Below, one piece after another: positions 25,501 to 31,756 of a DNA stretch of 31,846 nt. Location of the stretch: positions 1-31,846 of the forward strand of contig PEXK01000040.1 of the NCBI GenBank assembly GCA_002779075.1, read 5' to 3'. The DNA comes from Candidatus Diapherotrites archaeon CG08_land_8_20_14_0_20_30_16. Lineage in GTDB: Archaea > Iainarchaeota > Iainarchaeia > Iainarchaeales > 0-14-0-20-30-16. Position 1 is the first letter of the stretch; the number at the start of each line of letters is the position of its first letter. The translations under genes and the position numbers were made by a program. A model generated the notes under the pieces. It did not search any database. It saw nothing but the letters and a program-made list of their open reading frames with translations, and had not been told where the DNA came from.

Positions 25501-26427
25501 TGTTATACAATTATTTTTGTAAGTCGAGCCTTCTGCACAATATATTCCTAAAAAATAGGCTAAATCTTTTGTAAATTTTATTTTTTGTGGTAAAGGTTGT
25601 TGTGTCTTCCAATTATTAGCATTGTTTTTAATATATATTTTGTTGTTTTGTTCTACTATATCCTTTCCTGTAATGATATTTAATACGTCAATTTCTGTAT
25701 TTTTACAATTTAATTCTGGAAGGTGGTTGATTGTAGGAACTTTTTCTCCGCCTTTAAGATCAGAAACTTTAACTGTCTTTTGCGTTAAATTATTTTCATC
25801 TAAAATTATAAGAGAATGATTTGGAGAAATTGTTACTTCTCTACCACTTACTGTTTTGATTTTATATAATTTATCAGAATTTGCTGGGTGTTTATATATT
25901 GCGCTTACTTTTTTCCATACTATCTCATTGTTATATAAAGAAGGTATTTCAACTACGTTTTTGTTTGGATTGAGACCATCAAACTCTTTCATTAAACGAT
26001 AAAATGGGTTGCCATTTATCTTTGTTAGTATATGCTCATTTTCTGAGATGCTTGGCAAGTCTTCAGCTGTTGCTGAACTTCTTACCGCTACCAAACAATC
26101 TCCGCCTAATTTTATATATGCTTCAACAATTTTCTTTTTCAAATCTGGTTTTATTGGTTCATTCAGAATAATTTTTTTTATTTCTGCAGCTTTTTCATTC
26201 AATTTAGTTATATTGTTGACATCAATATTTTTTTCAATATCTTCTATTTTTTTAAGAATTCTGGTTTCTAATGCATTTTTTTTATAAGTATATGCAGTTA
26301 TAACAAAACCCCCAGGTATGGGAAAATTGTGGTTGTACATTTCCCCTAAATTAGCGCCTTTTCCGCCAACTTCTGGTATTTGATTTTTATTTATTTCGTT
26401 AAACCACAAGATCTCTTTATTTTGCAT
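22558..26427 (-). CDS. ppsA: Phosphoenolpyruvate synthase (PpsA), interrupted by an in-frame intein
   Basis: ATP-grasp motif EVGGKGANLGEM. VAVRSSATAEDLP and SASFAGQQDTYLN are separated by 525 aa. Phosphohistidine domain GGITCHASIVSRELGIPCIVG. PEP-utilising barrel FVSFGTNDLTQLTLGLDR. The extein totals 764 aa. An AGGTG lies 5 nt upstream of the ATG and overlaps the upstream stop codon. Confidence 0.93.
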   Translation of the reverse strand: MQNKEILWFNEINKNQIPEVGGKGANLGEMYNHNFPIPGGFVITAYTYKKNALETRILKKIEDIEKNIDVNNITKLNEKAAEIKKIILNEPIKPDLKKKIVEAYIKLGGDCLVAVRSSATAEDLPSISENEHILTKINGNPFYRLMKEFDGLNPNKNVVEIPSLYNNEIVWKKVSAIYKHPANSDKLYKIKTVSGREVTISPNHSLIILDENNLTQKTVKVSDLKGGEKVPTINHLPELNCKNTEIDVLNIITGKDIVEQNNKIYIKNNANNWKTQQPLPQKIKFTKDLAYFLGIYCAEGSTYKNNCITITNSNSKIRSKSIKFIKHLGINTNVKINKYSLQVYCKALVKFLHTVAGVPLKQKGKGKLSLVKRVPEFVFGWKKELIGEFLKGAFDEDGGIEPNGIGYSSTSLLLTGGLIKLLEILNIEFSLKKYKSKNLKWHDHYRILIPAREGEKFKNLIGFVDKNKLKNLNKLINSQEQKSSHPEFMHCISITPELTTKIKAQYDSTLPKTAIKVRLCPQCKAVVNKSSKYKKKERYYCNSCHRAYYEQELPSKEVERYVYYDIMGKFKKYQIPWNKGLISGTLSQKSFSKEMNQLGITDYKDFFTGSVRWDKIKSIEEVQYTGQVYDFTVPEVENFASGIGGIITHNSASFAGQQDTYLNILGKEKLLENVKKCWASLFNPRAIFYRRKQGFPIEKVKLAVVVQKQVASEISGIMFTANPTNNNLSEIVIEACYGLGEAIVSGSVTPDTFIIDKKTMKIKSKIISKQSWKLIRDIKGTTKKVNVPIALQAKQKISDNVVLQYAKIGNAIEKHYDKPQDIEWAIEKNKLYVVQSRPITTLTTDNKQKSSETIDAKAILSGLGASFGIKSGPVIVVHSIKELDKVKTGDVMVTKMTTPDMVPQMKKAIAIVTDEGGITCHASIVSRELGIPCIVGTETATKVLRDKEIITVDANKGKIYKGVVVHKDNIVEKHNELNLKSFDFVTTTKVKVNLAFSDAAQRAFETNPDGIGLMRAEHILTAAKEHPYYMVHKGKSKELQKLLETELEKIMKLFKNKPVYYRTFDARTDEYRNLKGGETEPKEDNPMLGWHGIRRDIDEPEILKTQFRAIKNIIAKGYRNIGIMIPFTQHVKEYIEAKRIAESVGLKPHKDCFFGIMVETPGCSLTIEDYIDAKIDFVSFGTNDLTQLTLGLDRNNEKIQKWFTELHPSILKQIAHVISFCKPAKVRTSICGQAGSNPEMVKELVKIGIDSISANIDSVDKIKEVVYNTEKEMLLDQIKASNLKKRAKL
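24478..26052 (-). mobile_element. Intein (525 aa) with a LAGLIDADG homing endonuclease domain, inserted in ppsA
   Basis: N-terminal splice junction EDLP/SISENEH (Ser1). Block B is TISPNHSLII. The LAGLIDADG motifs are LAYFLGIYCAEGS and IGEFLKGAFDEDGG. Block F is QVYDFTVPEVENFASGIGG. Block G and the +1 residue are IITHN/S. Removing the element restores EDLPSASFAGQQ, which matches the conserved PpsA motif. Confidence 0.9.
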
Positions 26428-26435
26428 AGAAACAC

Positions 26436-27182
26436 CTACAAATTATAATCATCAATATTTTTTACGACAATCCCATTGTCTGTTATTTCCATTGGGTGAA
26501 TCTCGCTAGAATGTTTTGTTGCACGCATTTTTCTTATCAACAAAGTTCTATTAATTCCTTGTATTCCGGTATCCAAATATTTTAAAACAAAAACTCCGTC
26601 TGCAACATACTCTTCTACACCATATTTGCTATATTTGTTTGTTGATGATTCCAATTCTGAAACCAATAACGCAGTTAGACCTAATTTAGAAAAAACATAT
26701 ATCATTTCAAGTATTGCTTCTCTTATGTGATCTGAACCATCAAAATATATTCCCAAAGTTGCAATAGAATCTATGACTATTCTTTTAGCATTAGTTTCTT
26801 TTACTGCTCTAATTATTTCTAAAAGCAGTTTTTTGTAGTCAAAAGTATTTTCAGAATATGCAGTAGTTTCACCACTATCTATTCCTAATCTACTTACTGT
26901 AGCATCAAACAAAACTACCTTTTTTTCATCTTCCATTCTTTTGATATTCCAACCAAATTTTAACATATCTTCTCTTATTAATTCTGGTCTTTCATCCAAA
27001 GTAACATATATTCCTGGTTCGCCGTACAAATATGCTCCTTGATACAAAAATTGCATTGAAAAAATAGTTTTTCCCGAGCCTGTTGCACCAGAAACTAAAA
27101 AAGACCTTTTTTTTGGCAAACCGTTTTCGATTAATTCATCCAAACCAGGAACTCCTGTAGGAATTCTGTTTATAATATTCAT
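26436..27182 (-). CDS. KaiC/RadA-like RecA-superfamily ATPase (single domain)
   Basis: IPTGVPGLDELIENGLPKKRSFLVSGATGSGKTIFSMQFLYQG contains the Walker A motif. RIVIDSIATL is Walker B-like. Start at ATG 27182 (MNIINRIPTG), preceded by GGAGATGGTG. Alternative starts are ATG 27233 and GTG 27299. Its stop codon overlaps the ppsA SD. Confidence 0.8.
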   Translation of the reverse strand: MNIINRIPTGVPGLDELIENGLPKKRSFLVSGATGSGKTIFSMQFLYQGAYLYGEPGIYVTLDERPELIREDMLKFGWNIKRMEDEKKVVLFDATVSRLGIDSGETTAYSENTFDYKKLLLEIIRAVKETNAKRIVIDSIATLGIYFDGSDHIREAILEMIYVFSKLGLTALLVSELESSTNKYSKYGVEEYVADGVFVLKYLDTGIQGINRTLLIRKMRATKHSSEIHPMEITDNGIVVKNIDDYNL

Positions 27183-27409
27183 AACACCATCTCCAAAAAT
27201 ATTATTTTCAATAATATATTTTCTCGAAGTCATCAAAAGCCCATCTTTGCAGTTTAAATATACAAAACTTAAAAAAAGTTTTGATATTTTAACAGACACT
27301 TTACAAGTTCTTCAACCTTTGTAAAGCCAGATGCCATTTTGATGCCGGCAATAACCTATAAATATATAGTTAAGACATATATGTTATATAAATATAAAAA
27401 GGTTTTGTT

Positions 27410-28255
27410 ATGTTTCCTAAAAAAGAAGGGTCTATTGAATTTGAGATTAATATTAAGGACTCCATAAACGCATCTGCACAAAGATATTTTGATGATTATA
27501 AAAAAATAAAGAAAAAGCTCATAGGGTTGGATGTAGCAATAACAAATACTGAAAAGAGATTATCTGAATTGAATAATAAGAAAATCGAGGTTAAAGAAGT
27601 AATGGAAAAGAAAAAGCTTGCATGGTATGAAAAATATCATTGGGGTTATACTAGGGCTGGTTTTTTAATAATTGCTGGCAAAGATGCTCAAAGCAACGAA
27701 TACATTGTAAAGAATCATTTAGAGAAAGATGATTTGTTATTTCATAGTACAATTCAAGGGTCCGCGCATGTTATTTTGAAGAATGGGCAAAAAGCAGAGA
27801 AAGACGATTTAGAAGATTGCGCTTTGTTTGCTGCAATATTTTCAAAAGCATGGAATCTAGGGTTTGCATCTGTTGATGTTTATTTTGTTTATCCTGATCA
27901 AGTATCAAAAACACCAGAAACTGGAGAATATTTATCACAAGGCGCCTTTGTTATTAGGGGTGAGAAGAATTTCTTTAAAAAAGTACAAATGATTCTTTGT
28001 TTAGGAATTATAGATATCGAAACCCTAGACAAAAATACCAAAGGAAAAAGAGTTTTTATAGGCTCAGAGAAATTATTGTTGCAAAAAGGAATAAAAATAA
28101 TTGCAGAAATAATTCCTGGTAAAGACAAAAAAGGAGATATTGCAAAACAGATACACAATAGATTGGACAAAGAACAGAAAAAAGAAATTTCATTAGATGA
28201 GGTTATTCAATGTTTGCCCCCTGGAACCTTGGATTTCGTAAAAAAGAGAAAGTAA
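27410..28255 (+). CDS. C-terminal half of an NFACT protein: second coiled-coil arm plus NFACT-R (DUF814) domain and C-terminal region
   Basis: SINASAQRYFDDYKKIKKK matches the family pattern eNA..yf.kYKK.K. The DUF814 core is WYEKYHWGYTRAGFLIIAGKDAQSNEYIVKNHLEKDDLLFHSTIQGSAHVILKNG, continuing AALFAAIFSKAWNLGFASVDVYFVYPDQVSKTPETGEYLSQGAFVIRGEKNF. There is no NFACT-N domain. At 281 aa, it sums with the 378-aa N-half to 659 aa, the size of full-length archaeal NFACT proteins. Confidence 0.85.
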   Translation: MFPKKEGSIEFEINIKDSINASAQRYFDDYKKIKKKLIGLDVAITNTEKRLSELNNKKIEVKEVMEKKKLAWYEKYHWGYTRAGFLIIAGKDAQSNEYIVKNHLEKDDLLFHSTIQGSAHVILKNGQKAEKDDLEDCALFAAIFSKAWNLGFASVDVYFVYPDQVSKTPETGEYLSQGAFVIRGEKNFFKKVQMILCLGIIDIETLDKNTKGKRVFIGSEKLLLQKGIKIIAEIIPGKDKKGDIAKQIHNRLDKEQKKEISLDEVIQCLPPGTLDFVKKRK

Positions 28256-28259
28256 GAAT

Positions 28260-28934
28260 TTATTTCTTCTTTTCTTTTGTTTTCTTTGTTTTTGCTTTTT
28301 TAAATTTGTTTTTCTCTACTTTTGAATTTGATTCTTTTTTTAAAAAAGAGTTGTTAAGATCTTTTAATAATCCTTTTAAATCAATACCATAAGCATTTGA
28401 AATATCCTGCAAAGTTAATTGGTCTAATTCTTGACTTGCAAAATGGCAGCCTAAACAAGGAACATGATACTTTCCTAATAACTCTGGTCCCTTTTTTGCA
28501 TTCAAAACTTTTCCTAGTGTAGTTTTTTTTGTGAAATTCATTTTATCATCTCCATTATCCTTTTTGTTTTTGTGCGATTCTCGATAATTCAAAATCGCAT
28601 TGTGCAGGGCTTCTGTGCCCATAATCGAACAATGATACTTTATTTTGGGCATTTGACCCAACTCGTCAATTATGTTTTTGTATGTTAATTTTTCTGCTTT
28701 TTCTAAGGTTTTTCCTTTAACAAGTTTACACATGGTATCGCTTGCACTGATAGCTGCAGGGCACCCATATGTTTGAAATTTTATATCTTCAATTTTATTA
28801 TTTTTTACTTTGAGAAAAACTTGAATTTTATCGCCACACTTAATGTTCCCAACACACCCAATAGCATCAGCATCTTTTATTTTTCCTGCGTGTTTTGGAT
28901 TTTTGAAAGTTTCAATCACTTTTTTTGAGTACAC
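28260..28934 (-). CDS. iscU: IscU/NifU-like Fe-S scaffold fused to a DUF1858-like domain and a Lys-rich tail
   Basis: The IscU part carries three conserved Cys residues: NPKHAGKIKDADAIGCVGNIKCGDKI, FQTYGCPAAISASD, KYHCSIMGTEAL. The C-terminal part TTLGKVLNAKKGPELLGKYHVPCLGCHFASQELDQLTLQDISNAYGIDLKGLLKDLN fits the DUF1858 pattern. The tail is KKAKTKKTKEKKK. Confidence 0.8.
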   Translation of the reverse strand: MYSKKVIETFKNPKHAGKIKDADAIGCVGNIKCGDKIQVFLKVKNNKIEDIKFQTYGCPAAISASDTMCKLVKGKTLEKAEKLTYKNIIDELGQMPKIKYHCSIMGTEALHNAILNYRESHKNKKDNGDDKMNFTKKTTLGKVLNAKKGPELLGKYHVPCLGCHFASQELDQLTLQDISNAYGIDLKGLLKDLNNSFLKKESNSKVEKNKFKKAKTKKTKEKKK

Positions 28935-30096
28935 GATTAATCACCTTATAAATTGGAGAAAAGGACCTTAATTTATCTGTAATATATGGGAGTTTTTCTA
29001 AGACAAAATCTATTTCTTCTTCGGTTGTAAACCTGCTTAAAGTTAGTCTTAAACTTCCATTTGCTTCTTCATTGTTTCTGCCTATTGCTTTTAGAACATG
29101 ACTAGGCTCTAATTTAAGTGATGAACAAGCGGAACCTGTTGATGAACAAACACCATAAGAATCTAAATAACCACCAATCGCTTCTCCTTCAATACCTTTA
29201 AATGAGAAATTAGCATTATTACACAATCTGTTGTTCCCTATAGGCCCATTTAAAATAACATCAGGAATCCTCAATATATTTGAGATTAATTTATCTCTTA
29301 ATTTTATCATATATTCAACGTGCTTTTTATTTTGTGCTAATTCAACTGCTTTTGCAAATCCAGTTACTCCAGGAATATTTTCTGTACCTGCACGCAAATT
29401 AAATTCATGTGCCCCGCCATGTTGCCATTGCTTTATTTTTGTACCTTTTTTAATAAATAATGCTCCAACTCCTTTTGGGCCATGAATTTTATGTGCATTT
29501 ATTGTTACTAAATCTAAATTCATTTTCTTTATATCCAATTCTGTTTTAGTATAACTTTGGCAAGCATCAGTATGAAAACAGAGATCCTGTTTTTTACATA
29601 TTTGCCCAATAGAATAAAGATCATTTATTGTACCAATTTCATTATTGCCATGTATTATGCTTACTAAAATAGTTTTTGGAGTAATTGCTTTTTTCAATTC
29701 ATCAAGATTGACGAATCCCTCTTTGTTTACTCCTAAGTATGTTGTTGTAAAACCTTGGGTTTCCAACCATTTACAGCTTTCTGAGACACATTTGTGCTCT
29801 ACGTTTGTTGTAATAATGTGATTGCCCTTATCTTTGTTGTTAAAAGCAATACCCTTTATGGCTAAATTATTGGCTTCTGTTCCGCCAGAAGTAAAAATGA
29901 TTTCTTCTGATTCAGCATTAATACTTTTAGCAATTACTTTTCTTGCTTTTTCTAAAGCGTCTTTGGCTTCTATTCCTTTAGCATGCAGAGATGCTGCATT
30001 ACCATATGCTTCTGTGAAGTAAGGCCACATAGCCTTTAATACTTCTGGATCAACCCGTGTTGTTGCACCATTATCCAAATATATTATTTTAGTCAT
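28912..30096 (-). CDS. iscS: Cysteine desulfurase (IscS/NifS class)
   Basis: IYLDNGATTRVDPEV, GNAASLH, HGNNEIGT, HTDACQ, the PLP lysine in TINAHKIHGPKGVGALF, and the active-site Cys in SSTGSACSS. It overlaps the iscU start by 23 nt. Confidence 0.92.
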   Translation of the reverse strand: MTKIIYLDNGATTRVDPEVLKAMWPYFTEAYGNAASLHAKGIEAKDALEKARKVIAKSINAESEEIIFTSGGTEANNLAIKGIAFNNKDKGNHIITTNVEHKCVSESCKWLETQGFTTTYLGVNKEGFVNLDELKKAITPKTILVSIIHGNNEIGTINDLYSIGQICKKQDLCFHTDACQSYTKTELDIKKMNLDLVTINAHKIHGPKGVGALFIKKGTKIKQWQHGGAHEFNLRAGTENIPGVTGFAKAVELAQNKKHVEYMIKLRDKLISNILRIPDVILNGPIGNNRLCNNANFSFKGIEGEAIGGYLDSYGVCSSTGSACSSLKLEPSHVLKAIGRNNEEANGSLRLTLSRFTTEEEIDFVLEKLPYITDKLRSFSPIYKVINRVLKKSD

Positions 30097-30152
30097 AAAA
30101 ATACCCTTTTATTTTTATGAACCTGTCAAAAATTTGTAATTTCTGACATAGT

Positions 30153-30190
30153 TGTAAAAGATTTCACATATAGAATAGAAATCTTCTACA
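30153..30190. repeat. Imperfect inverted repeat between the arsR-like gene and iscS
   Basis: TGTAAAAGATTTC (30153..30165) and GAAATCTTCTACA (30178..30190) are complementary at 12 of 13 positions, with a 12-nt loop. The element lies 57-94 nt upstream of the iscS ATG. Confidence 0.5.
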
Positions 30191-30233
30191 CCCTGTTGTA
30201 AATTTTTATAGATATTAAAATTTATCAACTGGT

Positions 30234-30536
30234 TCATTTTTTCACCTTACACCCACTACAGCAATTCCTCAAAATATTTTTTCCATAAATATTTAAAATA
30301 GGCAAAGCAATTTTCCTGTTTAAACTATATACTTTATTCTTGCCCCGTCGTTTTACTTGTACTAAATTACAAGACAATAGTTTTCTCATATTATGTGAAA
30401 CCAAACTTTGTTCTATTTTCAATTGTTTACTTATAGTGGTAACATCACAAGCCCTATTCTTTAATAAGAGTAGAATATTAAGCCTAGCTTTATTACTAAA
30501 ATTTACAAAAAACGAGTCACATGAACAATTGGTCAT
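30234..30536 (-). CDS. ArsR/SmtB-family metal-sensing transcriptional regulator
   Basis: wHTH segment FSNKARLNILLLLKNRACDVTTISKQLKIEQSLVSHNMRKLLSCNLVQVKRRGKNKVYSLN. Cys clusters occur at both termini (NCSCD; NCCSGCK). Confidence 0.8.
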   Translation of the reverse strand: MTNCSCDSFFVNFSNKARLNILLLLKNRACDVTTISKQLKIEQSLVSHNMRKLLSCNLVQVKRRGKNKVYSLNRKIALPILNIYGKNILRNCCSGCKVKK

Positions 30537-30555
30537 ATGAAATATAATTCATATG
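30534..30555. promoter_or_regulatory. Candidate operator: perfect 8-bp inverted repeat CATATGAA-N6-TTCATATG covering the arsR-like start codon
   Basis: Arms at 30534..30541 and 30548..30555. It sits immediately downstream (in the gene's direction) of a TATA-like CTTTAAATATA (complement of 30556..30566), which is centred about 25 nt from ATG 30536. Confidence 0.4.
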
Positions 30556-30596
30556 TATATTTAAAGCCTTTGATTAAAAATAAAAAAAGAAAAGGT

Positions 30597-31700
30597 TTAA
30601 GATGCAAAAGCATCTATAACACTTTTAATCTTTGCAAATTCAGGACTTGCGATCATTACATATTTTGTATTGTCGCTAGTGGGTCCAACTTTATAGCCCT
30701 GTGTTTTAGCAACACTTTCTATTTTTTCTTTTCCTAAACTAGCATCCAAAACAATGTAAAATGTAGGAGTTCCAAATGTATTTACATTAGCATATGATGC
30801 TTGTTCAGCATCTTGAGTCATTGCTTTTACTTTTGTTACGTAAGTATCTTTGTCAACACATTCATTAAACAGGTTTATGTCAAGGCCTGCTATTTCTTGT
30901 CCTAATATCTTTAATTTGGGTTTTGCATATTTCCCAGTATATTCATCTTTTGAAGTCTGTGCTTCAAATAAAGCAGTATGCATTTCCCAGTATTTATTTT
31001 GATCTCCAGCGCATAAGGCCGCATTAGAGGCATCTATTGATTCTGTACTTCCATTAACAGTATTTATAGCTACTGGAAATTGTTTAAAAGCAATTTTATT
31101 TTCTTTTGCCCATTCTTCTACTTTTTGTGTTGTTCCTATCATAGGTCCATACTGTGTTTTAAATTCGTTTGCCCAAGGACTGCCATAGGCCAAACCACAA
31201 AAAGGGCATTGATAATCTGAGAATTCATAAACTTGAATCTTTGCATCCTCTTTCCCTATGCTCGGGATACCTATTATACTTGGCAAAGTATAGATTTTAC
31301 TTTCAGCAGGAGTATTTGTGTCTTCTTTAGGATTGTTTTTTAAAGTTGCAACATCAATAACTCCAGGGATTATAAACTTTCCATCTTTGGTTACGTAAAT
31401 TTCGCCATTTTGATCCTTTACACTTACTGTTATTTTGTATAATCCACTAACTTCTTCTGACTTTAATAATATTGCATTTGAATCTGGTTGAGTTGTATTT
31501 ATTAAATTTACAAGGCTAATACCTGCTTGTTCAGCAGTACCGCCAACAACATCTTTTGGGACTACTGCATTAGTTATTGCAAAAATCAATGCAATAATAA
31601 ACGCAACCCCCAAGCCTATTGAAACATACATCCAAACATTGTCTGGACAACATATTTTGTGTTCTTTAGTTGTTTCTACTTTTGTTTCTTTTTTTACCAT
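30597..31700 (-). CDS. Membrane-anchored DsbA-like thioredoxin-fold thiol:disulfide oxidoreductase
   Basis: N-terminal TM helix VWMYVSIGLGVAFIIALIFAI. CPFC active site in YEFSDYQCPFCG. C-terminal GTPTFYIV (cis-Pro loop region). An AGGTGGTG SD precedes the ATG. Confidence 0.8.
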   Translation of the reverse strand: MVKKETKVETTKEHKICCPDNVWMYVSIGLGVAFIIALIFAITNAVVPKDVVGGTAEQAGISLVNLINTTQPDSNAILLKSEEVSGLYKITVSVKDQNGEIYVTKDGKFIIPGVIDVATLKNNPKEDTNTPAESKIYTLPSIIGIPSIGKEDAKIQVYEFSDYQCPFCGLAYGSPWANEFKTQYGPMIGTTQKVEEWAKENKIAFKQFPVAINTVNGSTESIDASNAALCAGDQNKYWEMHTALFEAQTSKDEYTGKYAKPKLKILGQEIAGLDINLFNECVDKDTYVTKVKAMTQDAEQASYANVNTFGTPTFYIVLDASLGKEKIESVAKTQGYKVGPTSDNTKYVMIASPEFAKIKSVIDAFAS

Positions 31701-31756
31701 TACACCACCTTTAATATAAAATTAGTAATATAAATAAATGCTAAGAACTTAAAAGC

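Noticed and set aside
22592-26287. Eight plus-strand ORFs inside ppsA and the intein
   Set aside because: They are antisense to a continuous 1289-codon frame with conserved motifs throughout. None has recognisable motifs.
27330-27350. GATGCC-N5-GATGCC direct repeat in a locally GC-richer patch of the KaiC-like/NFACT-C spacer
   Set aside because: It is only a 6-nt repeat with no second occurrence noticed in the window. This is insufficient to call a binding site.
28210-28392. Plus-strand ORF overlapping the NFACT-C 3' end and the iscU tail
   Set aside because: It is the F-rich antisense translation of the Lys-rich (AAA/AAG) tail of the IscU fusion.
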